Source: Planctomycetota bacterium
GTDB lineage: Bacteria > Planctomycetota > UBA1135 > UBA2386
DNA length: 64,000 bases
Assembly: GCA_046290465.1 (NCBI GenBank)
Contig: JBKAGP010000001.1
Coordinates: 5,728,001 to 5,792,000, forward strand
Reading direction: 5' to 3'
A model generated the notes under the pieces. It was given only the letters and a program-made list of their open reading frames with translations. It had not been told where the DNA came from and did no database searches. Below, in pieces: positions 18,830 to 28,323 of this stretch; position 1 is the stretch's first letter; the number at the start of each line of letters is the position of its first letter. The position numbers and the translations under genes are program-made.

Positions 18830-19405
18830 ATGCACGCACGCACGCTGTCGACGGCTCTCGCCCTGCTGCTGATGTCCTGCGGAGCCGACGAGCCGGTCGC
18901 GCCGGGATCCGGACAGCCCCAGGACCCGGCCGCGCCGTCGCTGGACCGGCTCGCGCCCAGCTCGCTGCTCGGCGACGGCTGGCATCCCGGCACGATGCTG
19001 GTCGTCACCGATTGGCAGCAGCTCGACGCACTCGACGCGACCCAGCGCGCCACCGCCGAGATGCTGCGCGGCCCGATGCAGAAGCAGGGGGTCACCGGGA
19101 TCGCCGAGCTGAGCTGGTCGCGCAAGCAGATGCCGATCGACATGCTGAGCGTGCGCGTGCTGCGCTTCGCCGACGCCGCGAAGCTGCGCAGCTGGCGACA
19201 GCTCAAGTACGGCGGCCTGCGCGACGCCGAGCTGAAGCCGGTCGAGGGCGCGCCGTTCGAGACCTACGACGTGCTCGCCGACGGCAAGCACAAGCGCATC
19301 GTGTTCTTCGACGAAGTGTTCGTGTCGAGCCACCACGTGCAGAAGGGCGACGACCACGTCGCGGCGCTCGACGCGGTGTGCGCGCAGTTGCTGGCAGGTC
19401 GGTAG
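18830..19405 (+). CDS. Hypothetical lipoprotein
   Basis: LALLLMSC lipobox; GC3-rich ORF filling the gap. Confidence 0.7.
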   Translation: MHARTLSTALALLLMSCGADEPVAPGSGQPQDPAAPSLDRLAPSSLLGDGWHPGTMLVVTDWQQLDALDATQRATAEMLRGPMQKQGVTGIAELSWSRKQMPIDMLSVRVLRFADAAKLRSWRQLKYGGLRDAELKPVEGAPFETYDVLADGKHKRIVFFDEVFVSSHHVQKGDDHVAALDAVCAQLLAGR

Positions 19406-19434
19406 GGTCGGCCTCGCGGCCGGCGACGGCGGCG

Positions 19435-20103
19435 CTACGTCGCGCTGGCGGCGGCGCTGGCCCGGATGATCGCCAGCGACTGGCCGCCGAGCGCGTGCAG
19501 CTGCGGGGACGCGCCGTAGGTCTTGCCGAACACCGCCAGGCCCTGCATCCAGACCAGCACCGCGGCGGCGGCCGCCGGCACGTCGTGCGCGGGCAGTTCG
19601 CCGGCGGCGACCGCGTCGTGCAGGGCCTGCTCGAAGACCCCGCGGACCTCGTCGAACACGCGACCCGCCGCTTGCCGCACCCGCGAATCGCGCGTCGCCA
19701 GCTCGAGCACCAGGTTGCCGATCGGGCAGCCCTTCATGCAGCCGTGTTCTCGGACCTCGCGCTGGACCGTCGCGCCCAAGCCCTCGAAGAACCGCGCGAA
19801 GCGCTGCAGCGGCGCCGCGTCCGCTGCAAACGGGCCCGCGCGCAACTGCTCGCCGAGCGCCACCGCGTAGTGCTCGAGCACCGCCAGCAGCAGCGCCTGC
19901 TTGCTCGCGAAGAAGTGGAAGAAGCTGCCCTTGTGCACGTCCGCGCGCCGGCAGATCTCGGCGGTGCCGACGCCGTCGTAGCTGTTGGCGTGCCACGCCT
20001 CCGCGGCGATGCGCAGGATACGGTCGCGCGTCGGCTCGGCGGCGGCGTCGCCGGTGGCGCAGCGGGTGTCGGGGTCGGTGGGCGTCACGGTGGGTTCGGG
20101 CAC
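19435..20103 (-). CDS. TetR/AcrR family regulator (NemR-like)
   Basis: TRDRILRIA...GTAEICRRADVHKGSFFHFFASKQAL HTH; GCPIGNLVLEL. Confidence 0.93.
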   Translation of the reverse strand: MPEPTVTPTDPDTRCATGDAAAEPTRDRILRIAAEAWHANSYDGVGTAEICRRADVHKGSFFHFFASKQALLLAVLEHYAVALGEQLRAGPFAADAAPLQRFARFFEGLGATVQREVREHGCMKGCPIGNLVLELATRDSRVRQAAGRVFDEVRGVFEQALHDAVAAGELPAHDVPAAAAAVLVWMQGLAVFGKTYGASPQLHALGGQSLAIIRASAAASAT

Positions 20104-20120
20104 GGGACACGATGGGCCCT

Positions 20121-20138
20121 CTTGACCGAGTGGTCAAG
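20121..20138. promoter_or_regulatory. Palindromic operator 1 (CTTGACC-N4-GGTCAAG), probable TetR site
   Basis: cttgaccgagtggtcaag in the divergent intergenic region. Confidence 0.8.
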
Positions 20139-20157
20139 TCTGGCTAGGGTGCCGCCG

Positions 20158-20175
20158 GTTGACCGATCGGTCAAC
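20158..20175. promoter_or_regulatory. Palindromic operator 2 (GTTGACCGATCGGTCAAC), probable TetR site
   Basis: Perfect 18-bp palindrome sharing TTGACC-N4-GGTCAA with operator 1. Confidence 0.8.
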
Positions 20176-20218
20176 TCCCGCCCGTCCTGTCCGCCTTTTC
20201 CTCGATTGCCCTGAAGTC

Positions 20219-20731
20219 ATGGAAACCAAAACTGTTACGAACGATCTTCCGACCGCGCGCGCGCTCGTCGTGGGGCCCGCGGCGATCACCCTCGCCGTCA
20301 CCCTCGCGCGACTCGGCCTCGAGTTCGCCGGAGCCCCGGCGTGGCTCGGCAACGCCGGCCTCGGCGGCGTGGGTGCGATCGTCGGCATCGCCTGGCTGCC
20401 GCTGCTGTTCGGCCCGTGGTTCCACGCGCGCCTGCGCGCCGCCGCCGCGCCCGGCCAGCCGACGTGGAAGGCGCTGACCGGGACGCTGCTGCTCTACGGC
20501 CTGCTGGCGCGGCTGCCGGTGTTCCTGCTGACGATCCCGGCGCTCTACCTCGAGTGGGGCACGCACTACGAGAAGTTCCCGTTCGAGGGCTCGAACGCGG
20601 CCAAGGTCGGGGCGACCGCGCTGGCGCAGTTCGGCTTCTGGGCGTGCATCTGGACGGTCGGCGTCGGTCTGCTGGCGGCGTTCGTCGTGCACAAGCTGCG
20701 CGGCACGCCCGAAGCGCCGGCGATGACCTGA
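20219..20731 (+). CDS. Four-TM membrane protein, divergent TetR target
   Basis: Four hydrophobic helices; WGTHYEK loop. Confidence 0.75.
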   Translation: METKTVTNDLPTARALVVGPAAITLAVTLARLGLEFAGAPAWLGNAGLGGVGAIVGIAWLPLLFGPWFHARLRAAAAPGQPTWKALTGTLLLYGLLARLPVFLLTIPALYLEWGTHYEKFPFEGSNAAKVGATALAQFGFWACIWTVGVGLLAAFVVHKLRGTPEAPAMT

Positions 20732-20784
20732 TCGTCGCGCGGTCGGCGCTCTGGCCCTGCGGGTGCCAGGGCTAGCATGGGCGC

Positions 20785-22116
20785 ATGGACCTCGACGCGC
20801 AGCTGGCGGCGATCCGCAGCGACCCCGACGACGACGCGCCGCGCGCGGCGCTGGCGGCCTGGTGGTCGCAGCAAGGGGATCCGCGCGGGCCGTTCGTCGC
20901 GGCGCAGCTGCGTGCGGCCGGCCTGCCGCGCTGGCACCCGGAGCGGCCGGCGCTGCTGGCCGAGGCCGAGCGCCTGCTGGCTGGCCACCGCGACGCCTGG
21001 CTCGCCGGCGTGCCGCACGGTCCGCTGGCGGTCTCGTTCGTGCGCGGCTTCGTCGGCACGGCCGACGGCGAGCCGGCCGAGGTGCGCGACCACCTGCCGG
21101 CACTGCTCGCAGCCGCGCCGGTGCAGCGCCTCGAGCTCGCGGCCGACGAAGCGGACGACGGCCCCGCCGATCCCGCCGTCGACGACCTGCATCGCTGTAC
21201 AGCGCTCGGTGCGCTGCACGAACTGACCTTTCACGACGGCGAACTGCACCCCGACCGCCTCGCCGGCCTGCTGGCCGCGCCGGTCTGGCGGGCGCTGCGC
21301 GCGCTCGCCATCGGTGAGCCGATGTGCGCGGCCGAGCACGTCGCGGCGCTGGCGGCCACCGCTCTGCCGGAGGCCGTGCGTTCGCTGCGCTTCGAGGGCC
21401 ACATGGGCGGCATGGGGGACGGCGGCGTCGACGCGCTGCTGCGCGCGCCGTGGCTCGGCCAGCTCGACCTGCTGACGCTCAACGGGCAGTCCCTCGGCGA
21501 TGCGTCGCTCGCGGCCCTGTCGGCGTCGGCGCTGCGGCTGCAGACGCTCGGCATCAGCAGCGCCGGCTACGGCGAGCACTCGTTCTCGGCGGACGCGGTG
21601 CGCGCAGCGGCGGCGTCGCCGCTGTTCCGAGGTCTGCGCACGCTCAGCCTGTGCGGCGCGCCCATCGGCGAGGCCCTGCCGGAGCTGGTGGCGGTCTGCC
21701 GCGAGCTGCGCTCGGCGTCGCTGTCGCGCACCGGCCTCGACGGCGACGACCTGCGCCTGCTCGTGCGCGCGGTGACGTTCGAAGGCTGGCAGGAGCTGTC
21801 GCTGGCGGCCAACCCGATCGGGGACGGCGGCGCCCGCATGCTGTCGATGTGCCATCGCCTGCCGCGCGTGCTGTCGCTGGCCGGCTGTGGGATCTCGCCG
21901 ACCGGCCTCGGCTGGTACGCGTCGGCGCCGCCGGTCGACGCGCTCGACCTGCGCTCCAACCCGCTGCCGGCGGCGGCGTGGCAGCAGTTGCTCGACGACG
22001 ACCGCTTGCCGAAGGCGACCGCGCTGCTGGCCGACGCGCACGACTGGTCGCCGGAGCTGGTCGCCGCGATCCGGGCGCGTTACCCGCGCGTCGACCTCAC
22101 CGGCGCCGCGACGTGA
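20785..22116 (+). CDS. TIGR02996 repeat-companion domain + leucine-rich repeat protein
   Basis: LAAIRSDPDDDAPRAALAAWWSQQGDPRGPFVAAQL; LRR units LDLLTLNGQSLGD, LSLAANPIGDGG, LDLRSNPL. Confidence 0.85.
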   Translation: MDLDAQLAAIRSDPDDDAPRAALAAWWSQQGDPRGPFVAAQLRAAGLPRWHPERPALLAEAERLLAGHRDAWLAGVPHGPLAVSFVRGFVGTADGEPAEVRDHLPALLAAAPVQRLELAADEADDGPADPAVDDLHRCTALGALHELTFHDGELHPDRLAGLLAAPVWRALRALAIGEPMCAAEHVAALAATALPEAVRSLRFEGHMGGMGDGGVDALLRAPWLGQLDLLTLNGQSLGDASLAALSASALRLQTLGISSAGYGEHSFSADAVRAAAASPLFRGLRTLSLCGAPIGEALPELVAVCRELRSASLSRTGLDGDDLRLLVRAVTFEGWQELSLAANPIGDGGARMLSMCHRLPRVLSLAGCGISPTGLGWYASAPPVDALDLRSNPLPAAAWQQLLDDDRLPKATALLADAHDWSPELVAAIRARYPRVDLTGAAT

Positions 22117-23563
22117 GCCAGGTGTAGGGCAGCACGACCAGCAGCAGCAGCGCGAGCATCACCAGGAACGGCAGCGTCAGCAACGCGCCGATCCGCGCCA
22201 GCTCGGCGTCGTCCCGCGTCCACGCGAACAGCCGCACCGCGATGCCGGCGAGCAGCAGCACGCCGAGCAGCGTGACCGTTCGCGGGCCGAACAGCAGTTG
22301 CTTGATGCTCACGCCGCGCTGACGCCCCGCCAGCAGGTCCTCGACCAGGCTCTCGAAGCGCTGCCGCAGCCGCTGGTGTGCTTCGCCGGTCGCCGGGCCC
22401 GACCAGCCCTGGTAGATGCCGCGCACCTTGCCGTCCCGGTCGACGAAGATCGTCGTCGGGAACGAGCGCACGCGGTCGAGCAGCGACAGCGAGGTGGTGG
22501 CCTTCTTCTTGTCGGACAGGCCGCCGATCAGGATCGGGAACGTCGCGCCGTGGCGGGCCACGAACGTCTCGACCTGGCGCACGCTGCGCGCGAAGTCGCC
22601 GGCGTGTTCGAACGCCACGCCGACCACCTGCAGGCCCCGATCGGCGTAGCGTCGGTGCAGTTCGGCCATGTAGGCGCCGTGGTCGTGGCAGTTGGGGCAC
22701 CACGAACCGAACACCTCGATGACGCGCACCTTGCCGGTGAACTTCGGGCCGTCGAGCGAGACCGGCTGGCCGGCGAAGTCACGGAAGGTCGCGTCGCCGA
22801 GGCTGGCGCCGTCGCGCATCCTGGTCAGCTTCCAGCCGTCGGGCAGCGTCGCCTTCTCGTCGGGCGTCGCGGTCCAGGTCTCGTACCAGCTGTCCGACGA
22901 CCAGAAGCCGCCTCGCATCGTGCCGTCCGGCTGCCGTTCGGCCGCGAACAGGAACGCGTGCGCGCCGTCGAAGCACGACAGCTTCATGGTGCGGCCGTCG
23001 CTGTTGCCGGCCAGGAACCGGTAGTCGCCCAGCGTGGTCAGGAACGTGCCCTCGCAGTTCCAGTTCTGGTTGGCGCCGGCCACGACGCGGAACACGCCGA
23101 CGGCCGGGTCCTTGCTGCCCGCGAACGCGACCGCGTAGCGGCCGTTGGGCCAGGTCACGTCGCCGTCTGTTGCCGGCAGGTCGAAGCGCGCACCGAAGCC
23201 GCGGTGCACGACCTTCATCCGGGTCTCCGGTTGCGCACCGCGCCGCTTGATCCACTCGCCGTTCATCGTGGCCGCGCCGCGGTCGACGTCGAGCCGCAGT
23301 TCGCTGTCGTAGTGCGGGAAGCGCAGCACCAGCTGGCGGTCGTCGACGACCTCTGGCACCTGGATGCGCTCGCTGCCGTTGCCGAGGAACACCAGCAGGC
23401 TGCCCTTGCCGTCCCCCTCGAGCGACAGCTGGAACGGCAGATCGCCGCCCGGGCACTGCAGCGCCATGCGGTGGCTGCCCATCGGAAAGGCGCTCTGCCC
23501 GAACACCGGGGCGGCGACGGCCCAGGCGAGCGACAGCGCGGCGAGGACGCGGGTGACGTGCAT
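22097..23563 (-). CDS. Exported TlpA/ResA-type thioredoxin protein (in frame with a 2-TM tail)
   Basis: Signal ...AAPVFG|Q; GTFLTTLGDYRFLAG; FGSWCPNCHD; SFPTTIFVDRDGKVR. Confidence 0.88.
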   Translation of the reverse strand: MHVTRVLAALSLAWAVAAPVFGQSAFPMGSHRMALQCPGGDLPFQLSLEGDGKGSLLVFLGNGSERIQVPEVVDDRQLVLRFPHYDSELRLDVDRGAATMNGEWIKRRGAQPETRMKVVHRGFGARFDLPATDGDVTWPNGRYAVAFAGSKDPAVGVFRVVAGANQNWNCEGTFLTTLGDYRFLAGNSDGRTMKLSCFDGAHAFLFAAERQPDGTMRGGFWSSDSWYETWTATPDEKATLPDGWKLTRMRDGASLGDATFRDFAGQPVSLDGPKFTGKVRVIEVFGSWCPNCHDHGAYMAELHRRYADRGLQVVGVAFEHAGDFARSVRQVETFVARHGATFPILIGGLSDKKKATTSLSLLDRVRSFPTTIFVDRDGKVRGIYQGWSGPATGEAHQRLRQRFESLVEDLLAGRQRGVSIKQLLFGPRTVTLLGVLLLAGIAVRLFAWTRDDAELARIGALLTLPFLVMLALLLLVVLPYTWLTSRRR

Positions 23564-23586
23564 CGCTGCACGATCGCATCTCGCCG

Positions 23587-25335
23587 ATGCGAACGATCGC
23601 CGTGATGGTGGCGCTGCTGATGGCGGCGGTCGCGGGCGCGCAGCAGCGCCGGACCTGCATCGGAACCGTACGGGACGCCGACGGCGCGCCGGTCGCGGGT
23701 GCGACGGTGACCGCGGTCTACGCGACGGCCGGCGACGCGAGCTTCTGCCACGATCGCCAGGTCGCGGTGGCCGACCCCCGCGGCCGCTTCCGCCTGCAGC
23801 TGTTCGCCGGGCTGACCTACAGCTACTGGGCGATCGGCCCCGAACGCGCCGACGGCACGCGGCTGGTGTCGCGCCTGCACCAGGGGGCGACCGGCGGCGG
23901 CTACTTCGCGGTGGCGGCGACCGCGCTGCAACGGCCGCGCACGATGCAGCTCGCAGGCTTGGACGCGTGGCGCCGGCACGGCGCGGCCGCCGTCACCGTG
24001 CACGCGGGCCCGAAGGACGTGCAGGGCGTCGCGGTCGCGATCGCCGCCGACGGCTCCGGCACGCTGCCGCCGCTGCCGGCGTCCAGCTGCCTCGTGGTGG
24101 TCGCCGACGGCGACGGCGCGCCGCTGGTGCTCGGCCTGGTCGGGCCCGACCGAGCCACGGTCGAGCTCGGCGAGCCGCAGCAGCTGACGATGAAATACGA
24201 CCTCGCGGTCCCGGAGGGTGCGCGGCTCAGGGTGCACGTGCGGGCGCCGGTGGTCTGGAACGAAGGCGAGCTGTGGGTCGCGTCCGACCGCTTCTTCGTG
24301 CGCGACCTCGGGGTGTTTCGCGACGGCATGCAGGTCGTGATCCCGAAGCGGCCGAAGGCCGATCCGAGCAACTACTGGTGGCGGCCGTCGATGATGACCG
24401 TGCGCGCCGGCCAGCAGACCGTCGCACGCGTGCCGCTGCCGACGATCGATCTGCAGGGCGCGCAGCAGCGGTTCCTCGTCGACGGCAAGGCGCTGCTGGA
24501 GCCGGTCGACGCGCGCTGGGGCGTCGACCTCGGTCGCGCGCGCGACGACGAGCCGTTCTTGTGCGTGCCGGTGCGCGGCGACGCGCCGTGGCACGCGGTC
24601 TGCGGCGGCTTCGTCACCACCGGCAGGGCGCTGCGCGAAGGCCTGCGGCTCGAGCACCACTGGCAGTCGTGCGAGGTGCTGGCGCGCGGCTCGGCTGGCG
24701 CGGCGCTCGAGCGGGTGGCGGTGATCGGCCCGCTCGAGGCCGACGCCGAGCCGGGGCCGCCGGCGCCGCTTTGCACGGTCGAGCTGACCGTCGTCGACGA
24801 CCGCGGCGGGCCGGGCCGCGAGGCGTGGGTCGCGTTGGTGCCGCTCGACCAGAAGGGCCGCGGCTGGGCCGACGAACGGACCTGGCTGCGCGCCGACAGC
24901 GGCGGTCGGGTGCGCACGCTGCTGCCGCACGGCCGCTACGGCGTGCACGCGACCGATGGCCGCGGGACCTGTGCGCAGGAACTGCAGGTCGGCGACGAGT
25001 TGGTGCGCCGGCAACTCGCGCTCGCGGCGATGCCGACGATGACGATGCGGGTGCTCGATGGCCAGGACCAGCCGGTGCCCGGCGCCGCCGGCTACTCGAT
25101 GGTGCACGGCACGGTCGGCGCGGTCGACGGGCTGGCCGCGCAGCAGTACGCGCTCGGCAACTCGCTGACCTACCGCGTGTTCGTCCGTCAGCGGACCGAC
25201 GCGCGCGGCCAGCTGGTGGTGCCGATCCCGCCAGGCATCGGCGATGGCGCGCGGCTGCGCTTCCGGCTGCCGGACGGCGGCAGCACCGGCGACGTGGTGG
25301 TCGAGCCGTCGGACGAGGTCGTCGTCGTGCGCTGA
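23587..25335 (+). CDS. Exported protein with carboxypeptidase-regulatory-like (transthyretin-fold) repeats
   Basis: Signal ...VAGA|Q; GTVRDADGAPVAGATV, RVLDGQDQPVPGA, RTDARG. Confidence 0.75.
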   Translation: MRTIAVMVALLMAAVAGAQQRRTCIGTVRDADGAPVAGATVTAVYATAGDASFCHDRQVAVADPRGRFRLQLFAGLTYSYWAIGPERADGTRLVSRLHQGATGGGYFAVAATALQRPRTMQLAGLDAWRRHGAAAVTVHAGPKDVQGVAVAIAADGSGTLPPLPASSCLVVVADGDGAPLVLGLVGPDRATVELGEPQQLTMKYDLAVPEGARLRVHVRAPVVWNEGELWVASDRFFVRDLGVFRDGMQVVIPKRPKADPSNYWWRPSMMTVRAGQQTVARVPLPTIDLQGAQQRFLVDGKALLEPVDARWGVDLGRARDDEPFLCVPVRGDAPWHAVCGGFVTTGRALREGLRLEHHWQSCEVLARGSAGAALERVAVIGPLEADAEPGPPAPLCTVELTVVDDRGGPGREAWVALVPLDQKGRGWADERTWLRADSGGRVRTLLPHGRYGVHATDGRGTCAQELQVGDELVRRQLALAAMPTMTMRVLDGQDQPVPGAAGYSMVHGTVGAVDGLAAQQYALGNSLTYRVFVRQRTDARGQLVVPIPPGIGDGARLRFRLPDGGSTGDVVVEPSDEVVVVR

Positions 25336-25532
25336 GTCCGCGGTCGCCGTGCCCGCTGCCGACCAACTCGGCCGGCTTACGTTCGCCTTACCCCTCGGCG
25401 GGTCCGGCGATGCCAAGATCTCGATGCGCCGTTCGGACGGCGGGGTCACCGCACCGGTGCCCGTCGCGTTGATCCGGGCAATCAACCCGATCGGGAGACA
25501 ACCTGCGGCGACACCGTCTCGATACCGACAGC

Positions 25533-26834
25533 ATGCCAACCCTCCTCGCCCCGGTCCGTCTCGCCTCCCTCGTCCTGCTCGCCGCGGCCCTCGTCGCCCA
25601 AGAGCCCGAGGGCGAACACGCGGCCGAGGTCCTGCCGCAGGTCGTGCTGCCGCCGAAGGACGGCGTGGTCAGCGTCATGCGGTCGTTCTCGCAGGGGCTG
25701 ACGATCGACGCCGACGGCAAGGTCTGGTGCCTCAGCTACGTCTCCGGCGTCCAGCAGGATTCGCGCGAGCTGTGGCTGCACAAGAGCGACGACGACGGCC
25801 GCAGCTGGCGGCGCATCCGAAAGGCCCCGACCGCCTGGACCGTCTACGGCGCGCTGGTCGGCGCGCCGCAGGAGCGCGTGCTGCACGTCGCCTATGCCGC
25901 GCGGGTCGGCGACCAGAAGTGGACGTCGGCGCTCTACCAGCGCTTCGACATCGACCAGGAGGTCTGGCTCGGCGAACCGGAGGTGCTGCAGCGCGGGACC
26001 GGCAGCGAGGACCAGTTCAGCATCTGCGACCTCGCGCTCGGCGACGACGGCGCGGTGACCGTGCTGGTGTCAACGCACCGTCGCCCGAAGCGGCCGCCGT
26101 GGCCGAGCGGCTGGAGCAGCGGCCTGCTGGTGCGCGGCAAGGGGGAGAAGAAGTGGCAGGGGCCGTTCCCGATCCACACCAGCACCTATGGCGTCTGGGC
26201 CAACCTGCAGCTGCGCGACGGCACCGCGCACACGACCTACCGCAGCTCCCCGAGCCACTCGATCATCGGCTACCGCAGCTTCGCGATGGCGACGCAGAAG
26301 TTCGAACAGAAGAAGGACGTCGAGATCAGCGTGCGGCCGAAGACCGGTCGCTACGTGTCGAACTCGAGTTCGCTGGTGGTGCACCCGTTCGGCAGCCGCA
26401 CGGTGCTCTATCCGGCCGCGTCGCAGGGCCGCGGCCAGCGCAACGGCCAGCTGCTGCTGGCGTTCGCCGACGAGGACGACCGGTGGGTGACCTCGGTGCT
26501 GTGCGACGATCCGGCGATCGTCGCGGGCAACTACGCCTACGAGTACTTCGCGCTGGTGCAGGGGCCGGGCACCCAGGCGATCGCGCTGTACAGCAAGATG
26601 AGCGAGAACTACCGGGTGCTGTACCGCCGCTTCGTCGACGCCGGCCGGCCGCTCGGGCGCGAGCAGGTCGTCGCCAGGAGCGATCTCGACGGCGCCTTCC
26701 AGCGCATCGTCGCGATGCGCGACCCGCGGGTCCGCACCGGCGTGCAGGCGCTGGTCTCGGGCCAGGGGGCGGGGGCGGCGCTCGGCGTGCGCGTGGTGCT
26801 GGCGCCGCGGCCGGTCAAGACGCGCTGGCAATAG
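25533..26834 (+). CDS. Exported BNR/Asp-box beta-propeller (sialidase-like) protein
   Basis: Signal ...ALVA|Q; Asp-box KSDDDGRSW; repeated beta blades. Confidence 0.65.
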   Translation: MPTLLAPVRLASLVLLAAALVAQEPEGEHAAEVLPQVVLPPKDGVVSVMRSFSQGLTIDADGKVWCLSYVSGVQQDSRELWLHKSDDDGRSWRRIRKAPTAWTVYGALVGAPQERVLHVAYAARVGDQKWTSALYQRFDIDQEVWLGEPEVLQRGTGSEDQFSICDLALGDDGAVTVLVSTHRRPKRPPWPSGWSSGLLVRGKGEKKWQGPFPIHTSTYGVWANLQLRDGTAHTTYRSSPSHSIIGYRSFAMATQKFEQKKDVEISVRPKTGRYVSNSSSLVVHPFGSRTVLYPAASQGRGQRNGQLLLAFADEDDRWVTSVLCDDPAIVAGNYAYEYFALVQGPGTQAIALYSKMSENYRVLYRRFVDAGRPLGREQVVARSDLDGAFQRIVAMRDPRVRTGVQALVSGQGAGAALGVRVVLAPRPVKTRWQ

Positions 26835-26861
26835 CGCGGCGCGAGCCGCTACCGTGCTGCG

Positions 26862-28157
26862 ATGCCGAAGCTCGCGATGCACTGGTGGATCCTGATCGGC
26901 CTCGTCCTCGGTGTGGCCTATGGCTACATCGCGGCGATCAACGGCGGTGCCGAACACGTCATCGAATACATCAAGCCGCTCGGGACGCTGTTCCTGAACC
27001 TGCTCAAGATGATCGCGGTGCCGCTGGTGCTGTTCTCGCTGGTGGCCGGCGTCGCCAGCCTCAACGACACCAGCAAGCTCGGCCGCATCGGCGGCAAGTC
27101 GATCGGCCTCTACCTGGGCACGACGGCGATCGCGATCACGATCGGCCTGTTGTTCGTCAATCTCTTCGGGCCGGGCAAGGGCCTGTCCGAGGAGACCCGC
27201 GATCGGCTGACCAGCGCGACCGCGCAGCAGGCCAGCGAGAAGGTCGCCAACGCCGAGGTCAGCTTCATCGACCAGATGGTCAACATCGTGCCGACCAACC
27301 CGTTCGCGGCGTTGGCGACCGCGGAGATGCTGCAGGTGGTGTTCTTCGCGCTGATGCTGGGCATCGCGCTGACCCGCCTGTCGCGCCGCGAGCCGGGCAC
27401 CGCGCACGTCGTCAAGGTGTTCCAGCTGCTGAGCGACGCGATCATCGAGATGGTGCAGCTGATCATGAAGATCGCGCCGACCGGGGTGTTCGCGATGATG
27501 GCGGCCGTGGTCGCCGAGCTCGGCGAGGATCCGGACCAGCTGGCCGAGCTGATGGCCAGCCTCGGCGGCTACATGGGCACGGTGGTGCTTGCGCTGCTCG
27601 CGCACTACCTGCTCGTCTACACGGTGATGCTCAAGCTGCTGACCAAGGTTTCGTGGCTGACGTTCGCCAAGGCGATGGTGCCAGCACAGCTATTGGCGTT
27701 CAGCTCGAGTTCGAGCGCCGCGACGCTGCCGGTGACGATCCGCAGCGTCGAGAACGTCGGGGTCGACGAGGAGGTCTCGAGCTTCGTGCTGCCGCTCGGC
27801 GCGACCATCAACATGGACGGCACCGGCCTCTACCAGGGGGTCGCGGCGGTGTTCATCGCCAACGTGTTCGGCCACGACCTGACGCTGGTCGACCAGCTCA
27901 ACATCGTGCTGACGGCGGCGCTGGCGTCGATCGGCACGGCGGCGGTGCCGGGCGTCGGCATCGTGATGCTGGTGCTGGTGCTCAAGACCGTCAACGTCGA
28001 CCCGGCCGGCATCGCGCTGATCCTCGCCGTCGACCGCCCGCTCGACATGTGCCGCACGGTGCTCAACGTCACCGGCGACGCGACCGTCGCCACGGTGGTC
28101 GCCAGCAGCGAGGGCCTCATTCACGACGGCGAACGTCACCACGACGACGCGGGCTAG
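26862..28157 (+). CDS. Dicarboxylate/amino acid:cation symporter (GltP/DctA family)
   Basis: AFSSSSSAATLP, LPLGATINMDGT, SIGTAAVPG, DRPLDMCRTVLNVTGD. Confidence 0.95.
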   Translation: MPKLAMHWWILIGLVLGVAYGYIAAINGGAEHVIEYIKPLGTLFLNLLKMIAVPLVLFSLVAGVASLNDTSKLGRIGGKSIGLYLGTTAIAITIGLLFVNLFGPGKGLSEETRDRLTSATAQQASEKVANAEVSFIDQMVNIVPTNPFAALATAEMLQVVFFALMLGIALTRLSRREPGTAHVVKVFQLLSDAIIEMVQLIMKIAPTGVFAMMAAVVAELGEDPDQLAELMASLGGYMGTVVLALLAHYLLVYTVMLKLLTKVSWLTFAKAMVPAQLLAFSSSSSAATLPVTIRSVENVGVDEEVSSFVLPLGATINMDGTGLYQGVAAVFIANVFGHDLTLVDQLNIVLTAALASIGTAAVPGVGIVMLVLVLKTVNVDPAGIALILAVDRPLDMCRTVLNVTGDATVATVVASSEGLIHDGERHHDDAG

Positions 28158-28323
28158 TGGGCAAAGCCCCGTCCGCACGCGTACACGCCGCTTCCGCGAT
28201 CACGGTTGGCAGCGCGTCCACTACATGGACGCGCTCTTAGTGGGCAAAGCCCCGTCCGCACGCGTACACGCCGCTTCCGCGATCACGGTTGGCAGCGCGT
28301 CCACTACATGGACGCGCTCCTAG
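28155..28323. repeat. Direct tandem repeat, 2 x 83 bp, bounded by TAG at 28155, 28238 and 28321, each unit with a 10-bp-stem hairpin
   Basis: Unit tagtgggcaaagccccgtccgcacgcgtacacgccgcttccgcgatcacggttggcagcgcgtccactacatggacgcgctc(t/c); hairpin AGCGCGTCCA-ctaca-TGGACGCGCT at 28211-28235 and 28294-28318. Confidence 0.95.

Noticed and set aside
25336..25532. Possible ncRNA or riboswitch in a 200-bp spacer (GTTGAT/ATCAAC hairpin)
   Set aside because: I recognise no Rfam consensus, and short hairpins are expected by chance at this GC content.
28155..28323. Possible CRISPR array
   Set aside because: There are only two contiguous 83-bp units with no unique spacers, and no cas genes in the window.
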